64,000 nucleotides of DNA from Octopus vulgaris (GCA_951406725.2 OX597820.1:53258001-53322000); one strand, 5' to 3'. Shown: positions 26,283 to 38,536, numbered from the stretch's first letter. Notes: generated from the letters alone by a model not told the origin. Made by a program: numbers and translations.

Positions 26283-26825
26283 CATGATGGTGACGACGAC
26301 GACGACGACGATGATGATGATGATGGTGATGGTGATGGTGATGAAGATGATGACAACGACGATAACGAGTATCATGATCATAATCCAAATTATCATGATC
26401 ATCATGAGCATCATGATCATCATCATCGTCATCATCATCCTCATTGTCATTATCATCATCAACATTTTCAACATTATTACTAGCATCATTAGCATAATTG
26501 TGAAGATAGAGAGAAGGTTGATGATTATAAAGACGACAACGATGACAACGATAATGGTAATGATGATGTTGATCAGGATGAGGACGATGATGATTACGAT
26601 GACCATCATCACCACCACCACCACCACCACCGCTATCATCATCATCATCATCTCAAACATCATGATATCATCAAGATATTGCTGACATTGTTAAAGTTGT
26701 TGGTGCTAGTAAACAGTAGGGGTGGCGTCGATAGTGGTAGAAATGGTACCGTGGGAGCAGTGGTGATGGTGGTGGCGATGTTGAAACGGTGTTGGTAGAA
26801 GTATTGGTAGCGGTGGTGGTGATGA
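26283..26825. repeat. Compound degenerate trinucleotide region alternating GAT/GAC and CAT/CAC orientation, then GGT
   Basis: Direct reading. Confidence 0.9.
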
Positions 26826-27271
26826 AAGACAGCGATAAAACGCAATAGTTTCTGACTACGTCAGCAGTGCCACCTATTGAGAGAGTCTCACACAACCTCG
26901 ACACAATCCATTATCAGTGATCCATAATTAATGGATAACAGCAATTCCGATAAGAAAAACAAAACATCAAATATGGCAACTGATGTAATATATGTGCATG
27001 TATGTATGTATGTATATATATGTATGTATGTATTTATGTATGTGTGTGTATGTATGTATGTATGTATGTATGTATGTGTGCATTTCTGTGTGAGTCTCTA
27101 TGCGAGTATACATTTGTATGAGCGTGTGCGTGTTTGTATGTTTATTGCGTATATCTGCGTACACTTTTCGCGCGTGTTTATCTAACGTCTGTGTATATCG
27201 TTAGCGCTTTCCATATGCGACGGCTATTTGTGTGTCTGCATATGCTCTACGTTTACTCGTATAACTATGCT

Positions 27272-27274
<3 letters not shown>

Positions 27275-27303
<29 letters not shown>

Positions 27304-27428
27304 TGTATGTATGTATGTATGTATGTATGTATGTATGTATGTATGTATGTATGTATGTATGTATGTATGTATGTATGTATGTATGTATGTATGTATGTTT
27401 GTATGTATGTATGTATGTATGTATGTAT
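27275..27428. repeat. (TATG)n microsatellite
   Basis: Direct reading. Confidence 0.97.
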
Positions 27429-27656
27429 TACTTGATTGCAATCGTGGAGGGGCACTAAGTTGAAGAATTTTAGTCAAAGGAATCGAGCTTACTTCTGACA
27501 TAATCTTTTAAAGTTTGGTGCTTATTCTATCGATTTTCCTCTGCCGACCTGCTCGGTTACGGGAATGTAAACACGACGACGACAGTTGTCAAGCGGTCGG
27601 AGGAGACAAATGCCGACAGAAAGTCATACATGTGCATATATGTATGCACACACGCG

Positions 27657-27688
<32 letters not shown>

Positions 27689-27782
27689 CATATTTATATA
27701 CACACATATATATGCATGTATAAGTATCAATGTGTACGTATGTATATATATATATGTATGTGTATATATATATTTATGTATA

Positions 27783-27845
<63 letters not shown>

Positions 27846-27884
27846 AGATAGATAGATAGATAGATAGATAAAGATATAGATATA

Positions 27885-27992
27885 AATGGTTCAGTCCCCT
27901 ACGTGGCACCTTAGGCTAGGCAAGTGTCTTCTGCTATAGCCTCGGGCCCACCAAAACCTTGTGAGTGGATTTGATAGACGGAAAGGGAAACC

Positions 27993-28037
<45 letters not shown>

Positions 28038-28215
28038 TGTCAGTCTCCACCACCACCACTTAAAAACTTGTGTTGGTTTGTATATGTCTCCCTAACTCAG
28101 TGTTTCGGCAAAAGGGACAGATATAATAATTACCGCCTTTTAAAAGATATGTTCTTCAAGGTGGTCGCACGCTATGGCTGCAGTCTAATAACTGAAGGAA
28201 TTAAAAACGATAAAA
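27885..28215 (+). mobile_element. SINE family B (5'-truncated), with further partial copies on the minus strand nearby
   Basis: GGTTCAGTCCCCTACGTGGCACC..GGCAAGTGTCTTCTGCTATAGCCTCGGGCC..GTGAGTGGATTTG. Confidence 0.85.
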
Positions 28216-28775
28216 CATACAATGGGCTTCTTTCAGTTTTCGTCTGTCAAATTCACTCACAAGATTTTAGTAGGCCCGAGTATATAGTTGAACATATTAA
28301 ATAAATGGAGAGGTATCCGTAATAGCAAACTTGCTATGAATTGCAACTGCATGGGCGACTTTGCAACAGCTTAGGATGGGATCGAACCGATTGATTATAT
28401 TGCTACTTGGCAATTTATTTTGACCCGCTTCACCCTTCATCCGCAACATACCCAAGAGATGTAACCAAAAATATGAACAAAACTCAGCAGATCTTTTATT
28501 TTACCAGTTTGCTGGCGGTTTTGTTCTAACGCCTGACATATTGGTTTTGTGCCGTCCTTATTTCTCTGCTGAATATTGTATTCTCATCTATGATCACAGT
28601 TCACTTAAATGTTAGGAATATAATACAAATCGCCTGGCAATGTTGCTTGTGATGGAGCAATAATTAACATCTAGAAAATTCATCTTTCAGTAAGAATTAA
28701 GACAAGAATCGGCACTTGAGAACCCGTAGAGTTCAGCAGACATTTTCATTGCATTTCCATTTTCACTTGCGGTCG

Positions 28776-29031
28776 GAGGATCGCGGTTTCGATTCTCAAA
28801 CCGGGCGTTGTGTGTGTTTATTGAGCAAAAACACCTAAAAGCTCCATGAGGTTCCGGCAGGTTGGGGGTGACCCCTGTTGTACTCTTTCGCCACAACTTT
28901 CTCTCACTCCCCCTTCGTGTTTCTTGAGTAACGCTGCGATGGACTGGCGTCCTGTCCAGCTGGGGGAAACACATATGCCACAGAAACCGGGAAACCGGGC
29001 CCATGAGCCTGGCTAGGCTTAAAAAGGGCGA
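28776..29031 (+). mobile_element. SINE family C (V-domain-like), 5'-truncated variant
   Basis: GGTTTCGATTC B-box; GAGTAACGCTGCGATGGACTGGCGTCCTGTCCAGCTGGGG (V-SINE-like); tail AGAAACCGGGAAACCGGGCCCATGAGCCTGGCTAGGC shared with 43818-44082. Confidence 0.88.
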
Positions 29032-30544
29032 AAAAAATGTTATACTTGATGATTATGATACGTAAGAAAGAAATGTACCTGACAAAGCGTTCACAAGCTG
29101 GACTAAATTTATTGGTATCAACTAGAGAAGACGAATACATTTTGCCTATCTAGGTGATAAACTTCATGCATCTGGATTTGTATATCTTTGTTTCAATTAT
29201 GATATTTCTAAATTTTAATTTGGGCAGAAAATTAGATTTAGGACTTAGGAGAGTATTGTAGTTCGCTTGAAGCATTGTGTATTGTTTATAAAAAACAATA
29301 AATAATAATAATAATGTGTTTTGAATGGCTTTGAAAAACTACTTTTCTTTACTCTTTCTGACATTGGCTTTAGTGATTTGTATGGTAAATAGCTTTATTA
29401 CAAATGGAATTGTCTAATTGAGCAGACGGTAAATTTATTCCACTAACTGTTCGTCTTTACTTTGTAAAGAAGAAAAATTACCTTTTTCATGTGCTATTTT
29501 CTCTTCTTATTTTTGTTGCTATTTTACCTTAAAAAAATAATATTCAAAAACTGCATTCTAAACTTCCATTCTTGATTATTTAAATATAGTCAAAGTTAAA
29601 ACTCAAATAACTGTATAAATCTGAGTGAGGGTATATTTAGCTTAAAGACCTTCTTGCGGGTAAATGGAATGAAAAAACCGGCTCGAAAGACATGATTTAG
29701 ACACACACTAAACGTTTCAAAGTGAAGTTAACCTTTTTCTTTTGGAAAAGAACTTATGTAATTGTAGGTCTTTAAATATGAAACCATTACAGAATGGATT
29801 CCTGTTTTAAGTGTGAGAAATAACTTGCTTGTATACATATAACTTTGGAGCTATACGTTACACTTTATTCGTCATATATAATGACATTGTATTTATACAA
29901 ACATTTCAGTGAATACTGACGTATTCATTACAGACATTCCCAGCAGAACCGGCCGCTCCATTGAAACAATTTACAATTTCTACAAACTGTGTATTTTCTC
30001 TAAATATTATCGCATTCTTTAGTGACAAATAAACTGCATTTAGACTCCGGAAAAGAAAATCCGATTCCATGGTATACCTGCATATCGGGCCGAATGTCAT
30101 TAGAAAATTAAATATGAAATTCTGTAAACTTAGACGCAATCTCGTTGTAGTTTCAGCTCGCCTTCGTTTTATATCTGTGAAATTTATTATAAATATATAA
30201 TACGTTTGATATAGCATAACGATGAATTATAAAAATAAATAGTTTAGAGTATAAACATAAATTATATTTTACATAAACGATTAGGAATGTTACATAAATT
30301 ATATATCGTCGTCATCGACAGTGTGTTTTACCTGTTGAGGATGTTAGCTAGGTTTCTGAAATTTTGTTGCACACACATATATGAATGAATGTATGTATTA
30401 TTTACGTATATTATGTATGGATATATGTATGTATGCATGCATGCGTGTATATAAGGATGGATGGATTGGTGAACATTAAATATTAACGACGGAGACTGTA
30501 TAAATAACCAAATGGCGATCTTTATATCCTCCTTCAAGTGGGTA

Positions 30545-30970
30545 CACTATCGGAATACTCTAATACTGCGGTATTCTCCTCGAGAGATGCTGTCATATGG
30601 ACATATAGTTCTAAGAGTTTTGTTGAGGTGAAATACCGCTATTTTATGGCGTTCTATCTATAAATCTACGCTAAGTAGGACATACTGGTTCCTTCGTTGA
30701 TATTAAATCTGTACAAATATTGTAGTTTCTTTGCGAGATCCGTGACTGGGCAGTCATTGTTTTTCAGTACATCGGCCGCAGCAAGATTTGGCATGCATGT
30801 GGAGAGGGGACACCTCTTATTAAGAAGCGAAAAGCTCCGAAATCCTATGATCGTACGTTACCGATATTTCTGTGCTTCTTAGCACTACACGTCTGCAGAA
30901 AAAGATTTCTCAATGCAAATACCGCAGTATTACGGCGTTTTAGCGCAATATATCTACGCTAAGTACGGTA
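30545..30970. mobile_element. MITE-like DNA-transposon relic (Tc1/pogo-type end ...TACGG-TA)
   Basis: 15-bp inverted repeat TAATACTGCGGTATT (30561-30575) / AATACCGCAGTATTA (30918-30932). Right end ...CTAAGTACGGTA. Internal direct copy of the right-end sequence at 30631-30677. Confidence 0.55.
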
Positions 30971-31039
30971 TATGTGAATGTGTGTGTGTGTGTGTCTCTC
31001 TCTCTTTCTCTGTATGTATGTATATATATATATATATAT

Positions 31040-31380
31040 CATCTTGGCTTAACACCCATCACCGTTTGTTTTTACTGTCTTGTTCTCACCTGTTCTTGTT
31101 ACCACTTTCACCCTCCGCAAAAAATGCCAAATTTTATTTAATTTGCTTTGCGAGAAGGGCTGTTTCAATGAAGTCGCGTATTGTCCTTGCCTTCGAAAAC
31201 CGCGTGGTAGATGAAACAGGGACAAATGATGAAGGGGAATATTCTTTATATTGCATGTCTCGTTTGTCTGTTTGTTTTTTTCGATGTTCGAAAAAGAGGT
31301 TTTTTTCTATGTTTTTGTTTTTATATTTTCCTTTCTCATTGTATTTAACGTTTTTTTTTTATGTCTTGTATCCATATATG
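31040..31380 (+). mobile_element. (TA)n-flanked Penelope-like small element with a damaged hammerhead motif (31160-31219); homologous 3' part at 33950-34090
   Basis: CTGTTTCA..ATGA-AG..CTTC-GAAA-ACCGCGTGG-TA-GATGAAACAG. Downstream TGATGAAGGGGAATATTCTTTATATTGCATGTCTCGTTT is shared with 33985-34025. Confidence 0.65.
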
Positions 31381-31544
31381 CATATATGCATGTATATATA
31401 CATATATATTTGTCGGTATGTACCTATATATATATATGTATATATTTATATATTATTTATATTATATGATCGAACGCCACGCATCCTTTTCCAAGTAAGT
31501 CTTATAAATATAGACTTGCATAAATACACACATATATACAGAGA

Positions 31545-31597
31545 TTGATAGACAAGCAGGCAGGCAGACATACAGACAGACAGACAGACAGACAGAC

Positions 31598-31628
<31 letters not shown>

Positions 31629-31656
31629 AAGATAGATAGATAGGTAGGTAGATAGT

Positions 31657-31745
<89 letters not shown>
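31545..31745. repeat. (GACA)n/(GATA)n microsatellite
   Basis: Direct reading. Confidence 0.97.
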
Positions 31746-32444
31746 GTGCATCTATATATAATACATGATCTAATGATGCAATACGTAATTTAGAAGTTAG
31801 TTTGTTGTAAGGTTAAAGATCCTTATAGGAGCAGATTGCAACAACAACGATATCATACTGTGAGTGCTGTCCATAGATAGTTGTAGTGGCTAATGACAGC
31901 AAATATCTCGCGCTGGCCACCGATATTTTCAGAACAACAAGAATTCACTCAAATTGCTAACAACATCAAAGTCTAATTACCAATGTGTTTGCGTTTGATG
32001 TGCAGGAAACCATAAAACAATTGATTGACCGGGGATCCTGCAGCGTTGGTATATGTCAACAGCATTGTTCAGCGTTTGATTAGGAATTAATGAAACTCGC
32101 TTATCATCTTTATCATCTCTTAAATTGCATTTAAAGCCATGTAGTTTGAAATTGTGCTCCCCCCACCCCATGGCTTAGAAAGAGAGTCGCGGGTTCGACT
32201 CTCTCGTGAACCAAATTTCTTTAGTTTGGACCGCTAAAAAACTTCCTTTTTATGTTTCTTTGTTTATGCACAAGTTAACTTTTAACTCAGCGATTGGGAT
32301 GAAAGAGATTCAGCCGCGACTAAGTTGTCTCTTTTTCCGGTTGAAAACATTATTTTTATCTCAAAGGTAAGAATAATCTTGAAACATCAGATTCTTCTTC
32401 ACCTTCTAGTACACACATTTATTCAGACTTTGAAAACATCAGAC

Positions 32445-32860
32445 GTGACAGTGTGTCGTAAGAAGCTTGCTTCGCAACCACACAATACCGCGTTCAGTTC
32501 CACTGCGCGGCATCTTGGGCAAGTGTTTTCTACTATAGCCTCGACCAGACCGAAGTATTGTGATTAGATTTGGTTGACGAAAACTGAAAGAAGCCTGTTG
32601 TATATATACATATGTATGTATGCATATATGTACGTATTACTAAGTGTGTGTGTCTTTCTGTCTGCGTTTGTTTCCCCACCACCGCTTGACAACTGGTGTT
32701 GGTTGTTTACATCCTGTAACTTAGTGGTTCGGCAAAAGAGACCGATAGAATAAGTACCAGGCTTACAAAATAAGTACTGGGTTCGATTTATTCGTCTAAA
32801 ATTTCAAGGCGGTGCCTCAGAATGGCCGCAGTCTAATGACTGGAACTAGTAAAATATAAG
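32445..32860 (+). mobile_element. SINE family B, full length
   Basis: Head, CTTGGGCAAGTGTTTTCTACTATAGCC, internal microsatellite, tail GGCGGTGCCTCAGAATGGCCGCAGTCTAATGACTG. Confidence 0.9.
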
Positions 32861-33694
32861 ATACTGAATAAGACTACATTATGCAAGACTGCATTATCTG
32901 ACATGCCATTTTCCTTCTGTGAAAAGGTAGAGTATGATATAAACGAGAATCGGTCGCCACAGCTAGCAAGTAAAGCAAATATACAAGTTCTGCCTGCAAT
33001 ACGAACAAGAATTCCTCTTACAGTGTTACATAAAACCGAAGCATTGCGCCCACATGAAATTTGCATAGTAAGACAACTCCAGTAATTATGGGGCACCATC
33101 TCTAGAGGCTAGAGTCTATAATATTGAGTTCACAATTTATTTCAGTCTGGTATGTATCATATTGATTATATTCATTGTATATCTTGGTTGTAGATATGAT
33201 AACCAACAACGCAATTTGATGACGGCTTACGCCGTTGAACATAAAAGCGGACACGCACAAATACATACATGCATACACAAATACACATATATATATATCG
33301 ATGTATTTGTATATGTCTTTATGTGTTCATGTGTGTGTATAGTATTGGAAGGCAATTTATTAGACTTACGGTTTCATTAACACGTGTTCACACGCAGCAT
33401 TTGTTCTGTGAACGTTTTAATTTTCCATGAACTGTGTTCACATTAACTGGAAAACCAGGGACCTAATTGTCTACATATATATGTATGTGGGGGGGAATTA
33501 TGTGTGTGCATGTATGTGTGTGTATGCGCATACAGAGGTAGATACGTACGAAATGTATTTATAAATGTACTCTATCAGCATTTTGCCTCATTTATTTTTG
33601 TTTTTTAGTTTTTGTTGTTTCCAGCAGCAGACTTGCGTCTCTTTCGAACCCTAGCATTTTATCTGTCTAGTCGTAATTGCTATCTCAGCAGTTT

Positions 33695-34133
33695 TTACTC
33701 TTTTACTCTTTTATTTGTTTCAGTCATTTGACTGAGGCCATGCTGGAGTACTGCCTTTAGTTGAACAAATCGACCCCAGGACTTATTCTTTGTTAGTCCA
33801 ATACTTAATCTATCGGTCTCTATTGCCGAACCGCTATACTACGGGGACGTAAACATACCAACATCGGTTGTCAAGCAACGGTGTGGAGGGAAAAACACAG
33901 ACACATAAACATACACGCGCGCGCGCACAAACACACACACACACACACATTTCGAAACGCGGAGTAGATAAAACAGGGGGCAACTGATGAAAGGAATGTT
34001 CTTTATGTTGCATGTCTCGTTTCCCTCTTTATTTTTTATGTTCTCGTTTCTCATTTTGTCTAGGATTTTTTTTGTCCTGTATCCATATATGCATGTGTAT
34101 ATACATATATACATATATGTATGTACATATATA

Positions 34134-34178
<45 letters not shown>

Positions 34179-34337
34179 ATGGGCTTCTTTCAGTTCCCAT
34201 CTACCAAATCCACTCACAAGGCTTTGGTCGGCCCCAGGCTATAGTAAAAGACACTTTCCCAAGGTACCACGCAGTGGGACTGAACCCAGAACCATGTGGT
34301 TGGTAAGCAATCTACTTACCACACAGCCACTCCTGCT
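33695..34337 (-). mobile_element. SINE family B with a nested Penelope-like fragment (33950-34090) in its internal microsatellite
   Basis: Reverse complement of the family B tail at 33695-33900 and head at 34180-34337, separated by (CA)n + insert + (TA)n. Confidence 0.88.
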
Positions 34338-34426
34338 CCTATGTTTCTGTACAAGAAGCATATCGTACAACAGAAATGTGAATACACATAGCAGCTACAG
34401 GGATCCTGTCGAAACACTTCACTTAC

Positions 34427-34536
34427 TTCTCATCAGGGGGCATTTTTCCTCTTTGTCGCTGAAGATGACTTTCCATATGATGTCCTTGTTGAGCGTTTTG
34501 AAATCATTTGAAAGTGATTTGAAAACTACATTCCAT
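34427..34536 (-). other. Candidate 110-nt internal exon (unverified)
   Basis: Minus strand TATTTTATATCCTCCACGGCAG| ... |GTAAGT with one open frame (WNVVFKSLSNDFKTLNKDIIWKVIFSDKEEKCPLMR). Could instead be a Tc1 relic (WKVIFSD). Confidence 0.25.
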
Positions 34537-34694
34537 CTGCCGTGGAGGATATAAAATATATTTGAACTTCAATCAGTAAGACTGTTGCAACAAATTGTTT
34601 AGTTGAACATCCAATTTCTCTGTTTTACCGCATACACAGATTCAGACACACAACACATACGCACGTAGGAACACGCGCGAGCACACACACGCAC

Positions 34695-34783
<89 letters not shown>

Positions 34784-34999
34784 GAGGATACATGGCTCTT
34801 GGAATGTCTGTTAATAAACCTATGTAAGCAAAGAGAAACTAATAAAATAGTTAAACACGTTAACGTAATTCTGCCTCTACTTTCTTTTATTATTTGACTG
34901 GAAAGCTACATAAAATTTAGCTATAAAACTAAATAATAAATATATATGCTCTACTTTCGCGTTTTGAGTTTCCTTTCTCTTGATTGTATCTAAATCCCT

Positions 35000-35092
<93 letters not shown>

Positions 35093-35190
35093 AAGCACAT
35101 AAATGTTAAACAAGGTGGGAAAAATAGTACATGAATACCGAAGGTAGAGTAATGTTCCTGTTCCACGGACAATTTGGTTGAGGAAAAACT

Positions 35191-35236
35191 AAATCTGACC
35201 GACGAACGGGAACGTGAAACTCCGAGTAACAGATTT
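35191..35236 (+). ncRNA. Type-I hammerhead-ribozyme-like motif with CCGACGA core
   Basis: AAATCTGA-CCGACGA-ACG(GGAA)CGT-GAAA-CTCCGAG-TA-ACAGATTT: 7-bp stem I (one mismatch at the core junction), 3-bp stem II with GNRA loop, palindromic stem III, GUA triplet. Confidence 0.72.
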
Positions 35237-35309
35237 TGTGATATCTTTTCAGCTTTATTAATAAGGTATACGCATACATATATACATCACCAATATATTA
35301 ATATCCTTC

Positions 35310-36113
35310 CTGCTATAGGTACAGGGGAGAGTTGGACAACCGATTACGTCGACACCAGTACTCGGCTGGTACTTAATTTATCGACTCTGAAAGGACGAAA
35401 GGTAAAGTCAAGCTCGGCTGAATTTGAACTCAGAACATAGCGACGGGAGAAATACCGCTAAGCATTTCGTCCAGCATTCTAACGAGTCTGCCAGCTTGCC
35501 GCCTTCGCCGATATTTTAATATTCCTCTCTACTTTAAACACAAGGCCTGAAATTTGGTGGGAGGGGGCCAGTCGATTAGATCGACTACAGTACGCAACTG
35601 GTACTTATTTTATCGACCCCGAAATACCTATTTCTTTATTACCCACAAGGGGCTAAACACAGAGGGAACAAACAAGGACAGACATAGGTATTAAGTCGAT
35701 TACATCGACCCCAGTTCGTAACTGGTACTTAATTTATCGACCCCGAAAGGATGAAAGGCAAAGTCGACCTCGGTGGAATTTGAACTCACAACGTAACGCA
35801 GACGAAATACCGCTAAGCATTTCGCCCGGCGTGCTAGCGTTTCTGCCAGCTCGACCCCGAAATACCGCTAAGCACTTCGTCCAGATTGCTAACGATTCTC
35901 TTGGCTCGTCGTCTTCAGCAATATATTAATATTACACTCCTCCTAAGGCGGTGAACTGGCAGTATCCTTAGCACACTAGACAAACTGTTCAGCCACATTT
36001 CGTCGTTTTCTCCTTCTGAGTTCAAATTAGGTCAAGTTGAGCACTGGGGTTGATATAATGGACTTAACACCCTGCGTCGAAATTTATAGTTCTGTGCCAA
36101 AATTTGAAACCAA
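35310..36113. mobile_element. Cluster of SINE family A copies: two on minus, a nested young copy (35629-35850, 16-bp TSD) and one on plus
   Basis: TSD TCGACCCCGAAATACC at 35613-35628 and 35851-35866. Family core motifs present in each copy. Confidence 0.93.
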
Positions 36114-36566
36114 TATTACGCTTCATTCCCGTTTCCCTCTTTGTATTTATAACTCTCTGATTTCCTCAATTTATCCCTCATCACCCCTTCCTTCTATAAA
36201 CATCTTTATGTATGCTTTTCATACATTATCGCTTTCTATTCCACTTGCCGGTTTTCATTTACGTGTTTTCTTATGTAATATCTTCATTTTTCTCTCTGAT
36301 AGTGTCTTACTCTCTCACTTTCTTTCATTATCTCTTTCCCTCCCATCTTTTATCTTTCCCTCTCTCCCTCTCTCTTTCCCACTCCCTTGGTCAGTTTTTT
36401 TTTAATGTAAATGTGGTAAAATAAAACAGAAAAAGAATTTTAAAATATTGTAGCTTGAAATTTCGAAATACATTGTTATATATATATCTGTCTAGAGCGA
36501 TGGCAAAAAATTATATGGTCTTGAGGCTGTTCGTTTTATAATTTCTGTAATTTCATGATGCCAGTT

Positions 36567-36600
<34 letters not shown>

Positions 36601-37402
36601 CACACACACCACACACAAACACACACACACAACTCACATTGATTTGATTATGCTTGCGTGTGTACGATGATACATAAGTATCCGTACGAGTACGGCTGGA
36701 TGAACTGTTGGCAGATGAAAATGGCTGGCTAGATGACTGGATGGCTGAATGGATGGATGGATGGATGGATGAAGGGAGTGGGAAAAGAGTTATGAATGGC
36801 TGGATGGTTGAACGGATATGTATGGATAGATGGATGGATGATTTTTTGAGTATATAACGCTGCATTGATTGTTGAAATATGCCAAGTGGAAGGAAATATG
36901 ATTCATAGTAATTAAAAGCCATTCGCTTCCCAAGGTAACTGTCTTTTGTAATTTCTTAGAAAATATCCACCAGAGGTATGGAAAAGGGAGATGTCACCAC
37001 ATTATGCATAATCTGAACCACAAGGGACTGTATTTGTCTGTGTTACCTAAAATATCTTAACACAGCTCGCTTTTTGATTTTTTTTTTCTGTTTTTGTTTT
37101 TAATCTTTTATTTTTTTCTGTAGCGATCATTGATGTGAGAAGCAGTTTTTAAGTTTTGTTAATTTATAGAGGTAAACGCTGTGTTATATTTGAAAAGATA
37201 TAAATATAAATCTGTCTATCCATCAAGTTACTGGTATAATATATGTGTGTGCGTGTGTGTGTGTGTACGTGTGTGCATGTGTGTGTTTTTATACATTTTT
37301 ATGTATGTGTTTGTGTATATATATATATATATATATGCCTATATGCTGAGACTCTAACCACTAAGCCACACGCCTCCACTCTGATTGTGTGTATATATAT
37401 GC

Positions 37403-37500
<98 letters not shown>

Positions 37501-37599
37501 ATATATGTACAGACACAGGCGTGGCTGTGTAGTATGAGGTTTGCTTTCCAGTCACATTGTTTCATGTGAGGGGATTTGACTCAAAGAGGCCTGTCGTGC

Positions 37600-37634
<35 letters not shown>

Positions 37635-37640
<6 letters not shown>

Positions 37641-38536
37641 CTGGATACAAGTAGGCTAAGAAGAATAACATGCAGTTTAATGCTGAAAAGTTTCAAGCTC
37701 GATGCTATCAGCATGCAAAACTAAATGCAATACCAATAAAATACACTGAACGTGGAAGGATTGCAATCCCAGTGCGAGAACTGGGCATTTACATGAGTAA
37801 TGTTGCATCCTCCATGTACCTGTTGCTAAGTTGAAATGCTGACGGCTGACCTTATGGATTCTTAGAACTTTTAAATCTAGAGATCAGGAAACCATGATGG
37901 TCCTCTGTAGGACATCTGTTCTAAGCCGCTTTGACTATTGCCCCCTAGGTATGGTAACCAATCAGTGTAAAATTAATTGCTGAAATTGAAGTAATCCAAC
38001 GAATCTACACGGAAAACGGTAGCCTCTATGCAGCATGTAAACTATTGGAAAAAACTCAAGAGATTGAGACTCTAATTCCTGGAGCGTATAAGCCGTAATA
38101 TACATCTGGAAGGTCCTAGAGGGACGAGTCCCAAACTTTGGCATTGAGTGTTACACTAACGCTAGAACAGGGTGCCAATGCATAGTGCCGAAGACTCCAG
38201 CTTTGCCATTGAAATATAGGACGAGATATTGCAACTTCCTAGGCTTTAAAGGACCACATCTCTTCAATATACTCCCGAAAGACCTGAGAGACCTGCCTTG
38301 GATGGATATTGGAGTCTTCAAAACGAAACTAGATCTCTTAGTGTCAAGGATCCCAGGTGAACCAACTTCTCAGCAGAAAGTGCAAATGAGGGAAGCGGCA
38401 CCAAATTCCCTTATGCACCAAATGTCAAGTTCTAAAATGTATTAGTGCAGTAAAAGTTATATAGCAACACCAAATGTCGGTGCCCCAGCATGGCCACAGC
38501 TCATGAGCTAAAACTAGTTCAATTCAATTCAATTCA
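37635..38536 (+). mobile_element. 5'-truncated CR1-clade LINE (RT C-terminal region + 3' UTR + (TTCAA)n tail), decayed
   Basis: Frameshifted translation AKKNNMQFNAEKFQ..VRELGIYMS..WILRTFKSRDQETMMVL..LSRFDYC..IEVIQR..YWKKLKRLRL..IYIWKVLEG..FKGPHLFNILPKDLR..FKTKLDLLV. Confidence 0.92.

Noticed and set aside
26211-26483. ORF resembling a secreted Asp/His-rich protein (MEVVAILSLVALK..DDDD..HHH)
   Set aside because: The acidic and His runs arise from GAT/CAT microsatellites that are open in several frames. The short hydrophobic start is not enough evidence without expression data.
32185-32321. Short inverted ends AGTCGCGG / CCGCGACT suggesting a 137-bp MITE
   Set aside because: Only 8 bp is perfect, there is no clear TSD and no second copy in the window.
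34391-34443. Minus-strand CTGATGA-GAAG..TTTC-GA-CAGG-ATC-CCTG-TA, hammerhead-like
   Set aside because: GAAA is reduced to GA and stem I pairs poorly. It also overlaps the candidate exon donor. Not supportable without other copies.
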